64,000 nt of DNA, taken from the IMG/VR virus record IMGVR_UViG_3300044645_002359, positions 124,001 to 188,000 of that record, one strand, 5' to 3'. The translations under genes and the position numbers were made by a program. The notes beneath the pieces were generated by a model. That model was not told where the DNA came from, did no database searches, and saw only the letters and a list, made by a program, of their open reading frames with translations. This document shows, in pieces, positions 9,977 through 19,038 of the stretch. Within the stretch, counting starts at the first letter, position 1. Every line of letters starts with the position of its first letter.

Positions 9977-10795
9977 ATGGGTTACCGAAAGAACCTTTTT
10001 ATGGGGGCCTACATGAGACTTATGCGTAAGGGCAGAGGTAGAGGATTACTTACTAAAGGGGAGCAGGGGGTAATGCACAAACACCACATATTTCCTAAGT
10101 CTATTTTCAAGAACAAAAGGACCGTAAACAAGAAGATCGTAGGGTTAACTCCCAAGGAACACTTCCAGGCCCACCACCTGCTCTACCGTGCTTTTATCGA
10201 TAGGTATGGAACTAACCACTGTAGAACAATAAAAATGGGTCATGCCATATCTAAAATGGCCACCAAGCACGGGAAACAAGGGGTTAGGAACATATTATCG
10301 TTAAAACAGTTTGAAGAAGCGGTGAATATGCAAAGGGTCTCCATGAGAGCCCGTTACTCTGACGAAAAGGAACGGGAGAAAACTTCCTTGAAGGCTAAAG
10401 AAAGAATGGCTAGAGAAGGAGAACGGGAGAAGATATCTGAATCTCTGAAAGAATACTTTAAAGACCCTAAGCAAAGGGAGAAGCAAAAATATAACACTCT
10501 GGGAAAAAAGTGGTATAATAACGGTGAGACCCAAACCTTGTCTTGGTGTTGTCCCGGAGAGGAATGGGTGAAAGGAAGACTATCGAATGGTATAACTGGA
10601 ACATATTGGTGTAACAATGGATTTGAAAACTTAAAAGTGAGGAAAGGTAACGAACCCCCTCAGGGATTTTCATCGGGTAGACTTATGAATCTTGGGAAGT
10701 TCTACAATGACGGTAAGAAACAAATAAGAGTTGCAGAAGGTTGTAAGGTTCCCTTAGGCTTCTCTCCTGGGCGACTCAAGAGAAATAGGGTATAA
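9977..10795 (+). CDS. Free-standing HNH homing endonuclease
   Basis: HKHHIFPKS...LTPKEHFQAHHLL HNH module; three C-terminal KWYNNG/YWCNNG/KFYNDG repeats. Confidence 0.8.
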   Translation: MGYRKNLFMGAYMRLMRKGRGRGLLTKGEQGVMHKHHIFPKSIFKNKRTVNKKIVGLTPKEHFQAHHLLYRAFIDRYGTNHCRTIKMGHAISKMATKHGKQGVRNILSLKQFEEAVNMQRVSMRARYSDEKEREKTSLKAKERMAREGEREKISESLKEYFKDPKQREKQKYNTLGKKWYNNGETQTLSWCCPGEEWVKGRLSNGITGTYWCNNGFENLKVRKGNEPPQGFSSGRLMNLGKFYNDGKKQIRVAEGCKVPLGFSPGRLKRNRV

Positions 10796-10878
10796 CTCTA
10801 TTGGTTGCGACATCACGCTCACAACCAGATTGCTAAGGCAATCTTTGAAGTCAACTTTACACAAAGGAAACATCTATT

Positions 10879-13800
10879 ATGATGAATCTTCAACAGACCT
10901 ACGCCGGGGTCGATCCTATCTTGACCACGTTGGCGCAGGGCTTCATGCTCCCTTTGGTGTAGGGGAAAAGAAATTGGGTGAACTGCGGGAAAGCCTACTT
11001 TTGTTCAACGAAAGGGTCAATCCGCAGCCAAGCTTCCGGTACACCGGGAGAAGGTTCAGAGACTACCTGAGAGATATAGTTCTCTTAATAACAGGCTAGA
11101 GCGCCCAACGTTTTGTAAAGAAACGATAAGATAGTCCGACACTCTGTGTAAACAGAGAGAACATACTGTCCACCAACATCGCGAATCGATAAGGTTCCCT
11201 TCAGAGGCAACTCTGATTGAAAATCGGGTGAATTGCTGGGATACCTGACGGTTTCAGAATCTACTTTTCTGGAACACAAGGCAATCAGCAGCCAAGTTTA
11301 CTTTGGGCATCTATTGGCTACAATAGAGATAAGTAAGAAGGTTCAACGACTAGAAAGTGATCAACCCAGAAATAATCTTTCCACGAGCGCCCGACTCTCC
11401 CTTACATTACCAACGGTATGTAAAGCTTATAAACTCCCGCCCCTCTAGAGGTTTGATAAAAGAGATTGGTTTCCACATCCACCACATAGTGCCTAAGTGC
11501 ATGAAGGGTGGGAACGCTAAAGCCAATTTAGTTAAACTCACCTACAGAGAGCATTATCTATCCCATTGCTTGTTAGCTTTAGCTTTCAGTTCCGTGAAGA
11601 AACTGGGTAAAGCTATAAACTCTTTCAAAAAGTCTTCAAAGAACTCTCGGGTTTACGAAAAGGTGGCTCACCATGAGCACTCCGAAGAAACTAAAGTCAA
11701 AATTAGCAAATCCAACAAAGGAAAAGCTAGACCCCGTAAAGTTCCAATGTCTGACGAAGAGAGAACTGCTCGCGCAGAACGATGTAAAAATAGGGTTTGG
11801 AGTGAAGAGTCAAAACAAAAACTTAGAGACAAAGCCTTAAGTAATCCTACTATCCAGTTTGCAATACAAGCAGCTAATAGCCCAGATAGAGATCGAACGG
11901 GAGTTAATAACCCCCGAGCAGATAAAGAAGTTTGGGCCAACTTAGGGGTCTTGCATAGAGCCTGGACAGAAAACGGAAAGTGTGGTGCCAGAAAGCTCCA
12001 CAGGCTAACAAAATTAGGTAATACTTGGCAATCTCTAAAAACCGTTGTTAAAAAGTTTAAGGAAGATGATGATATAGTCTGAACTTACAGGAAACTGTAA
12101 GAAGTGAGTGATAAACTCTCTCACGGTAACAAGTGTTTATCGCACCTGTTGTTGACACCCCTACCAGAGCTGGGAGAATTCTCAGATTTGGTAAGGAACA
12201 ATTTGCTATAAACGACTTCCGTCGTGCTTATGGTACAAACATTCCCTACGTTCAGAGCCGTTACGACTCTGAGCCCTACGCTCTTGAACAAGAAGTTGTG
12301 GCTTGGGAATTGCCTGAAGAAGTCGAACTGGCTTCCGCCGCTTGAGAGAGCGGTTGAAAAACTGGGTGAATTGCCTGGAACCCTAACTGCGTCAGCGTCG
12401 CACAAGGGAATCAGCAGCCAAGTTTACTACGTCGAGAAATCACTATGATTCCTGTAGTAAAAAGGTTCAACGACTAGACGATGAGTTTCGACAACAATAA
12501 CTCGTCCACGAGTGCCCAGCACCCTAACAAATGGTTGAAATGGTACTACACTCTATGCGCCTCCCGAAAACACAGGGGCGTATCCAAGGAAAAGGGTTAC
12601 CACGTACATCACATTATTCCAGAATGTGACGGTGGTGACAACTCCAAAGAAAACAGAGTGAAATTAACAAACCGAGAACACTTTATCGCTCATGTCCTCC
12701 TTGCAAAAGGAACTAACTCAGTCAAACACTGGTACACAGTTAGAAGGATGTTGGGAGTGAAAGGTGGGAAAGGCGCAGTTACCTACCAACCTCGTCTATC
12801 TATTCTATCTACTTCTCTTCAAAAGACTGCTTTTGAAATTGCCCCTGGAGCTGCGCAAAAGGGAAAACCAAAGTCGGAACAAATGCGTTCAAGACTAAGT
12901 CGGACCAAGAAAGGCAAACCTCTACCTCCTGAAACCGTACGAAAAGCACACGAAGCTGTTCGAGGCAGAGTTCAAACAGAAGAGGAAAAGCAAAGGCGAA
13001 GTGAGTCTGCAAAGGCTTACTGGGCCGAGAAAAGAATGAAAGACAAGGGTGAAGATATAGTCTGACCTCCTCTAAAGAGAGAGAAGTGAGGGATAAAGAG
13101 CCCCCACGATAACACAAGTGCATCGAGAACGCTGGTGAAGGCCCTGCACAAGTAGACCTCCGCGCTTTCGAAACCCGTAACGCAATGTCCAGACTGATGA
13201 ACTCATACGAGTACACAGTTTCTCAGGCCGTTACCGTTACCGGTTCCTACAACCCATATGAACCCTGGGATACAACCCCCGGTTCACAAACTGGCCTTGG
13301 TTTTACAACCTGGACCAACTTCAACACCGCTTATGGCACCGCAACCGGCCCCGCCGCATGGTCCGCTCTCTCTGCTAACCCCATTGAGGACATTCTGACC
13401 CTGAAGCGTGCTGTTGCCAACCAGATCGGCATCCGTCCGAACTCCGCTGTTCTTGGAACCGCTGTTTTCGACCTCTTGCTGACCAACCAAGCGATCCTTG
13501 AGCGTATCAAGTATACCTCACCCGACAGCATCGATACAGATGTCATCGCTCGCTACTTCGGTCTTGAGCGTGGCCTGCGCGTAGCCGAAGGTCGTTATTT
13601 GGCCGCAGACGGTACCTTGCAACCGGTATTCCCAAGCAACGGTATCCTTCTGTTCTACAGCCCCAACGGCCCCTCTGATTCAATCATGCCTGCCGGTGGC
13701 GCTAATGCTGCGACTCCTGCGTTTAGCTACACATACCAGTTGACTGGCACACCCGCTGTCCGTCCTGAGTACTACATTCGCGAACGCCGCGTTGTACGTG

Positions 13801-13895
13801 CTGAAATCTCAATCGAACGTGTGGTTAACCTAGTTGGCCTCGGTGCAACTGGTCTTATTGGTTCTGGCGCTATGATCACCGACATCCTGTCCTGA
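10879..13895 (+). CDS. Major capsid protein, spliced: join(10879..10953,11169..11186,12136..12323,13121..13895), 351 aa
   Basis: Exons join in frame to MMNLQQTYAGVDPILTTLAQGFMLP|STNIAN|FIAPVVDTPTRAGRILRFGKE...ELPEEV|IENAGEGPAQVDLRAFETRNAMSRL...; VDPILT, GIRPN and YTYQL motifs typical of this MCP family; AAGGA RBS. Confidence 0.9.
10954..11168 (+). ncRNA. Group I intron 1 in MCP (215 nt, no ORF)
   Basis: 5' exon ends in U (TCCCT pairs with GGGGA, U.G wobble); core GGTGAACTGCGGGAA / AATCCGCAGCCAAG / GTTCAGAGACTA / AAGATAGTCC; terminal G; P10 TTGGTG pairs with exon 2 CACCAA. Confidence 0.9.
11187..12135 (+). mobile_element. Group I intron 2 in MCP (949 nt) carrying an HNH endonuclease
   Basis: P1 GAAT/GTTC; core GGTGAATTGCTGGGA / AATCAGCAGCCAAG / GTTCAACGACTAG / GATATAGTCTG; ends AACAAGTG; P10 CGATAA pairs with exon 3 TTATCG. 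Confidence 0.9.
11357..12082 (+). CDS. Intron-encoded HNH homing endonuclease with NUMOD3-like motif
   Basis: HIHHIVPKCMKGGNAKANLVKLTYREHYLSH; HSEETKVKISKSNKGK; stop lies in intron S element (GATATAGTCTGA); start uncertain. Confidence 0.85.
   Translation: MINPEIIFPRAPDSPLHYQRYVKLINSRPSRGLIKEIGFHIHHIVPKCMKGGNAKANLVKLTYREHYLSHCLLALAFSSVKKLGKAINSFKKSSKNSRVYEKVAHHEHSEETKVKISKSNKGKARPRKVPMSDEERTARAERCKNRVWSEESKQKLRDKALSNPTIQFAIQAANSPDRDRTGVNNPRADKEVWANLGVLHRAWTENGKCGARKLHRLTKLGNTWQSLKTVVKKFKEDDDIV
12324..13120 (+). mobile_element. Group I intron 3 in MCP (797 nt) carrying an HNH endonuclease
   Basis: P1 GAAGT/GCTTC with U.G; core GGTGAATTGCCTGGAA / AATCAGCAGCCAAG / GTTCAACGACTAG / AAGATATAGTCTG; ends ACAAGTG; splits Val codon GT|C and restores frame. 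Confidence 0.9.
12481..13065 (+). CDS. Intron-encoded HNH homing endonuclease with NUMOD3-like repeats
   Basis: HVHHIIPECDGGDNSKENRVKLTNREHFIAH; KGKPKSEQMRSRLS repeats; ends DIV* in S element. Confidence 0.85.
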   Translation: MSFDNNNSSTSAQHPNKWLKWYYTLCASRKHRGVSKEKGYHVHHIIPECDGGDNSKENRVKLTNREHFIAHVLLAKGTNSVKHWYTVRRMLGVKGGKGAVTYQPRLSILSTSLQKTAFEIAPGAAQKGKPKSEQMRSRLSRTKKGKPLPPETVRKAHEAVRGRVQTEEEKQRRSESAKAYWAEKRMKDKGEDIV

Positions 13896-13922
13896 TTAGG
13901 AAGGAAATAAAGAGGTGACACC

Positions 13923-14366
13923 ATGGCAATTCTCAGACCGATTACAAAGGCCCAGTACGAAGTTTCCTTCGTAGCCCCTGACGGCCCCACCCTAATCGCC
14001 ACGTTTACAAAATTCAGCGGAATCAAAGATTCCTCCGATAGTAGTGATTATGCCAATGGTACAGGTAACCGTATTTATCACGTTGTAGGCCCCAGAAAGG
14101 CAGACAACATCACTCTAACCGCACCGTACGATCCCACGATCTTCAAGCAGTTGGAAATTTACTGGTTGCAGTACAATTGTAGAGAAATCACAGTTACTAT
14201 CACTCCAAAAGATTGTGTTGGAAACGGCTCAGCTGCGGCTGGCGGCCAATACACCTGTTACGGATGTCAATTCATGTCTATCAATACTGCTGACGTTGAC
14301 CGTGAAAGCGGCAACGTTCAAGAGATTGAAGTCCAGTTGACAGTGAACTCTTGGGATAGAACCTGA
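13923..14366 (+). CDS. Tail tube protein
   Basis: FTKFSGI...DNITLT...YTCYGCQFMSINTADVDRESGNVQEIEVQLTV, gp19-like tube pattern; 147 aa; GAGG RBS. Confidence 0.75.
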   Translation: MAILRPITKAQYEVSFVAPDGPTLIATFTKFSGIKDSSDSSDYANGTGNRIYHVVGPRKADNITLTAPYDPTIFKQLEIYWLQYNCREITVTITPKDCVGNGSAAAGGQYTCYGCQFMSINTADVDRESGNVQEIEVQLTVNSWDRT

Positions 14367-14376
14367 GTCACAAGTG

Positions 14377-14404
14377 AAAGCCCCCTAACCGGGGCTTTTT
14401 TTTT
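14377..14404 (+). terminator. Intrinsic terminator after tail tube
   Basis: AAAGCCCC-CTAACC-GGGGCTTT followed by a T run. Confidence 0.8.
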
Positions 14405-14454
14405 CGGATACCATAAGAGGGTAAAACCTTTGTAAGAATAGACCTTTTGTATAG

Positions 14455-14931
14455 ATGGCCAAAACCCTGTTTTCAAGTGGCGTCATAGTAACAAGTGAGT
14501 GGTTAAATGGCGCTAGAAATATAGTATTTGACGGCCAGGACTTAGACTGGCATTACAATCCCCTGGGTCTGAACTCCCTTGTAACCGTAGGACCTGATGG
14601 CTTAGACAGTCGCTACTTGACCTTGAGCACAAGCCAGCCAGGTTTGTCTAGCTCAGGCGAATTTTTGACAGGGCAACCCATCTCGGGAGGGAAAGTTGTA
14701 TCAGGTTCTTGGTCTTTCGGGTTTAATCCCGTAGAAAATCCAACCTTAACACAGAATTACGATAACGCCCCTCAGAGCTACCTTACTAATCTCAAGTACG
14801 AAAATGCGAACGGGATAGACCCGGCATCCATTGCACAAAAGTTTGCAGCTTTGTCCGATTCAGACTTGATAACAAAGAAAGTTTTGGTGGAATACCTCAG
14901 TACTCTTGTAGTGGACAACGGCGAATACTAA
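14455..14931 (+). CDS. Putative virion structural protein
   Basis: FSSGVIVTSEWLNG N-terminus resembling tail-protein N-termini; structural operon context. Confidence 0.45.
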   Translation: MAKTLFSSGVIVTSEWLNGARNIVFDGQDLDWHYNPLGLNSLVTVGPDGLDSRYLTLSTSQPGLSSSGEFLTGQPISGGKVVSGSWSFGFNPVENPTLTQNYDNAPQSYLTNLKYENANGIDPASIAQKFAALSDSDLITKKVLVEYLSTLVVDNGEY

Positions 14932-14943
14932 TCGGAGATCCAA

Positions 14944-17766
14944 ATGCCACGTTATTCACCACTACCGTCCGTTTCGATAGACCCCCGAAGTGAAGCAGAT
15001 TTGGTTCAAGCTGCTGCCCAAACCGTCTACGAAGCCTCTAACAAAACTTTAAATGATTTCAGTGCAGGCAACCCTCTGGCAGTTCTTTTAGAGGGGCAGG
15101 CTTTCGCACAGGGAGAATTTTTGTATTGGGCCAATCAGCTACCAGACAAGATCCTGATTGAGTGGATAGGACCCTTTTTGGGGGCGATGAGAAGGCTGGG
15201 GACCACTTCCACAGCCGAGCTGGTTGTAACAATTCCCCCAACCGGGAGTTCTACAGTAATTCCCTCAGGAACGATTTTTTCCACTAACCCTCAACTTACA
15301 TCTGGAGAAAGTTACGAATTCATATCAAATTTAGACCTGGTTATACCTTCGGGAGAGGCGACTGGAAGAGTTCCAGTGTATTCAAGGTTCGTTGGAAGCA
15401 TATATAATGTTCCTTCAAATTCAATTACAGGGGTTGCTAATACAGGTGCTCTCAATCTTTCGGCAACCAACCCTCAGCCGTCTGTTGGAGGTAGCGACGT
15501 AGAAACTTTCCAAGAAGTACAGGAAAGATTTTTCACCCTTATCCGTAGAAGAAACCCTGTCAGTGAGTCCGATTGGCAAGACTTTTTCATTGATTTGTAC
15601 GGGATTGGAACTTTAACTTCGGTTCAACCGAATCGTTCAAATTTTTACGGCTACAACTACACCCAAGATTACACTCTCCCTAATGGACAAGTCTCTTTCT
15701 TCGTGTTGGGTCCCAACGGTCAAGAATTAACCACGCAACAATTGTCCTTGGGTCAAAATGCGGTGAACTTTTCCGTACCCGTTGAAAACCAAGGACATTT
15801 ATTCCCAATCACCTTGAGTCAAGTACAATACAACTTGACTGTTGAGGTTAACTCAAATGGATCGTTCGGCTCAAACTTCAAAGACAGTTCTCTAAATTTT
15901 CGCGATAAACTTTTCTCAGTATTGACACCGGGTCAGACTTTTCCAGCCGACATCACACCGACAGTAAGTGATATCGACGCCGCTTTTTACTCTACTTTTG
16001 ATGCGAATACTAGATTTAGAGACCCCTCAATAACAGAGTCTTTAGCGTATAATACTCCAAATTCCCTGAGTAAAGAAGCAGCGGTTTATACGAACGTCTA
16101 TGATTTCACACCCTCAAGTAGTATCTTGAAGCAGAATGACCTTATTGTTGTAAACACCCCCAACCCAACTTTTTACCCAGTAGAGGCTGATTTCACACCT
16201 TATTCTTCCAATAAGTACGATCAGACCGTTTATGGTAATCTTTCCTTAAAGCAGATAAAACCCTTGACGTCAGGATCTTACCTCCTTGGCGACATTGTGT
16301 ATTACGACGGTGCTGGGGACCCGGCTGAACAAGGACTTCATGTTGTCTTAGAAAACCTCAACATAGCTTCTTCTTCGGACGTTTTGTCTTCTATAGCAAG
16401 CGGAAAAGTGTCTGGGGTTAAAACTTTTTCACCCTGGGTTGTAGGCAACTCTTATGTTTACTCCTCGGGAGGAACCATAGACCCTGAGATAGTAGAGTAC
16501 AATTACTCTTCGGGAGAATTTGTGCCTCTGACTCCTTCTTCTGTTCCCTTAAACAGTCGCCCAGGAGGGTTCGCCTGGCTGGTTTCACAGAACTTCACTC
16601 TCAACCCTTCCACGAATGATATAACTGGGGCCCAGACCGAGGTTTTAATCGGATCCTATATTACCCCTCAACAACTAGAGCCTAATTCGTCCTACACCTC
16701 TGGCATATGGGTTTGCACTCCCCAAATAGGCGGTGGACCATCACAAGTTGTAGATCCGTACTACAACTATGTAGATCTGACCAAAGGGGCCATAGTGAAA
16801 TATGCTTATGTTGAAGCTAATTTCACCTACACCCCTAACGAATTGACCGTTAGCGAGTACTTCAACCTCCTAGTTGATCAAGGAGTGCTGTCGGAAATTC
16901 TAGTATTTGAAGGGGATGGCGGTTTGCCTATCTACAAGTACAAAGCTCGGTTTAAAGCGGGTCAATACTTGCTGTACAAAGAATCCGCGTCCTCTCTACC
17001 CACTTACTACATATCTTCCTTATTTTTCACACCAGATAGCACGAACATACAGGACTTACTAGGGAATGGCTCAGTCTACAATTTGGCGCCGACCCCTGCT
17101 CTTCAAGCGCAACTGAACTCTGATTTGGCGGGCTCTTCTCTGAAAAATTTCGATCGGATGTTCACTTTTTTCCTTGGAGACCGCACTTTTTTCCGGGAAG
17201 GCTCAAATGTACAGTCTTACACTGCAACTTCTGCAGTTACACCCTTATTTGACTTTAACATTTATTTGAACAATGGAATTTTCGTTGAGTCCGAATCTTT
17301 AGGGCAAGCTCTACCTTTAGCTAATGGCTATATCCCGTTTTTTAATCCCGTTTACCTTAACACCACTGAAGACACAATTTTAAGCGAGGACGGAAGAAAT
17401 TACTACAGAGTCATGAAAGCTTTCACACCTTCTACAACGGTGACAAACTGGACTGGAATGGTGACAAACAACACGTCTAGGTACGAAGAATTCGCGGGCA
17501 ATTTACTACGTTTTGTAGTCTCCTACCGGTGCGAAGAACCTGTTCTTTCCCAGTACGGATTGGAGACTTCTTCAATTAAACTTGGATCTTGTCAGATAAC
17601 CATCATACCCAGAAACACTGGCAGGAACTTTAGTTCCTCACCGAACTTAGTCTACGTCTGGGAGAATGCCTCAACCTTGAGCGAAGTACCCGATCTTTCC
17701 TGGTATACAGGAACCACTTTTGAATATAGCCCACCCAACTACGGTGAAGGAACGTTGGCCCTATGA
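14944..17766 (+). CDS. Baseplate J-like (wedge) protein with long C-terminal extension
   Basis: IDPRSEADLV, NDFSAGNPLAVLLE, TNPQPSVGGSDVET...RRRNPVSESDW baseplate-J motifs. Confidence 0.82.
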   Translation: MPRYSPLPSVSIDPRSEADLVQAAAQTVYEASNKTLNDFSAGNPLAVLLEGQAFAQGEFLYWANQLPDKILIEWIGPFLGAMRRLGTTSTAELVVTIPPTGSSTVIPSGTIFSTNPQLTSGESYEFISNLDLVIPSGEATGRVPVYSRFVGSIYNVPSNSITGVANTGALNLSATNPQPSVGGSDVETFQEVQERFFTLIRRRNPVSESDWQDFFIDLYGIGTLTSVQPNRSNFYGYNYTQDYTLPNGQVSFFVLGPNGQELTTQQLSLGQNAVNFSVPVENQGHLFPITLSQVQYNLTVEVNSNGSFGSNFKDSSLNFRDKLFSVLTPGQTFPADITPTVSDIDAAFYSTFDANTRFRDPSITESLAYNTPNSLSKEAAVYTNVYDFTPSSSILKQNDLIVVNTPNPTFYPVEADFTPYSSNKYDQTVYGNLSLKQIKPLTSGSYLLGDIVYYDGAGDPAEQGLHVVLENLNIASSSDVLSSIASGKVSGVKTFSPWVVGNSYVYSSGGTIDPEIVEYNYSSGEFVPLTPSSVPLNSRPGGFAWLVSQNFTLNPSTNDITGAQTEVLIGSYITPQQLEPNSSYTSGIWVCTPQIGGGPSQVVDPYYNYVDLTKGAIVKYAYVEANFTYTPNELTVSEYFNLLVDQGVLSEILVFEGDGGLPIYKYKARFKAGQYLLYKESASSLPTYYISSLFFTPDSTNIQDLLGNGSVYNLAPTPALQAQLNSDLAGSSLKNFDRMFTFFLGDRTFFREGSNVQSYTATSAVTPLFDFNIYLNNGIFVESESLGQALPLANGYIPFFNPVYLNTTEDTILSEDGRNYYRVMKAFTPSTTVTNWTGMVTNNTSRYEEFAGNLLRFVVSYRCEEPVLSQYGLETSSIKLGSCQITIIPRNTGRNFSSSPNLVYVWENASTLSEVPDLSWYTGTTFEYSPPNYGEGTLAL

Positions 17767-19037
17767 GTCAAAACTTAGTTGCATTAAATGGTGGAAGAAA
17801 CCAAATTGAAACCTCTTCCACTTTTCAACAAGGTGTAAACCTATCACGACAGTATGTTGACACCCTAGGGTTAAACCCTCAGCCCACTGAGTGGGTTCTG
17901 GGGGGCAGACCTATCTATGGACGATTACCTTCTGCCTCACAAGTCTATAAACTAGACTTTGGGCTTGACGATGACTCCGCTTACGCTTACGTTCCCGTGG
18001 GAAGCAGCTCCTTCGGAAAAGGTTCTCTCCAGGTTCAGTCTTCTGGAGACAATAAATTCTTAACCATACAGTCCGGTGAAATTGTTTGGAAGTACGGAAA
18101 TTTAGCAGCAAACCCGGTTATCATATCTCTAGAAGAAATGGGAATGATAAGCACGAAGTACCTTTTAGCTTATCAACTCTACTATGACGATTCCCCCTTT
18201 GTCGCTGAATATTCAGTTGAAAACTTTTCCTTATCCGGGTATGAATTGAGTGTGAGTAGCAGTACAGATGTGGTAGAAGGTTGGAGGTACACCCCTGTCT
18301 TCGCATTCACGGATCTTGAGTCTCAAACTTGGAGAAATTACGACGGTCTCTTCCCTTCTTACTCCAGTGAAGCTTTTCTCTCTTGGCAGAGTCCTTACCC
18401 TGCCGCTTATTCCGACCTCACCTTAAGATGCCCTGCGAATTCTTCTGTAACAGGAACAGCTTCCCTGTACTATATGACTTGTCCCAATCCCGTGGAAGGG
18501 GAGACTTACTGTTCGAGCCCCGAATGGATTCTGCAAGGAACTACGAATGTTGAGTCTGACACCGACGGGCAATACTTTAAGTTTTCTTTCCCCCAGCCTT
18601 CATACCGCTACGGTTGGAAAGTCGTGTGGTCCGACATTAAAGTTACAATAAATAGAGTACTCGTAAGCGGCGTTCTCTCTCTGCTAAGGAAACCTGCAAC
18701 GGCGACAAGTTTTTTCCGCTTAATCGCCTACCCCGAAAATAGCGTCCCTAAGACTGTGAAGAATGCCATAGGAATTGAAGTTCCGACCACGTTATGCAAA
18801 CTCGCTTACGTGGACATAAATGGAGCATATGAAGTTGAGAAGATAACTGACCTTAGAGAAATAGTTCACACAGACTATCAACCTGTAGCTGACTGGTTGA
18901 CTAAGGGATTTGACGAAAATTTGATCAACTTATTTTCACAAGTTAAAGAGTACCCTACCCTTTGGATGAGCCCCACCGAGTGCATGGTACAAGAATACCT
19001 CTCTTTGGAAGAGAAGTTGATTACAGTGGAGAAATGA
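17763..19037 (+). CDS. Putative baseplate/tail structural protein
   Basis: 424 aa, translationally coupled to baseplate J gene; beta-rich composition. Confidence 0.5.
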   Translation: MSQNLVALNGGRNQIETSSTFQQGVNLSRQYVDTLGLNPQPTEWVLGGRPIYGRLPSASQVYKLDFGLDDDSAYAYVPVGSSSFGKGSLQVQSSGDNKFLTIQSGEIVWKYGNLAANPVIISLEEMGMISTKYLLAYQLYYDDSPFVAEYSVENFSLSGYELSVSSSTDVVEGWRYTPVFAFTDLESQTWRNYDGLFPSYSSEAFLSWQSPYPAAYSDLTLRCPANSSVTGTASLYYMTCPNPVEGETYCSSPEWILQGTTNVESDTDGQYFKFSFPQPSYRYGWKVVWSDIKVTINRVLVSGVLSLLRKPATATSFFRLIAYPENSVPKTVKNAIGIEVPTTLCKLAYVDINGAYEVEKITDLREIVHTDYQPVADWLTKGFDENLINLFSQVKEYPTLWMSPTECMVQEYLSLEEKLITVEK

Positions 19038-19038
19038 A

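Noticed and set aside
10830-12448. ORF-track entries 10830..11099, 11233..11448, 12133..12345 and 12224..12448 as independent genes
   Set aside because: They are explained by MCP exons and group I intron core sequence; 12133..12345 is exon 3 read into intron 3, and 13185..13895 is only part of exon 4.
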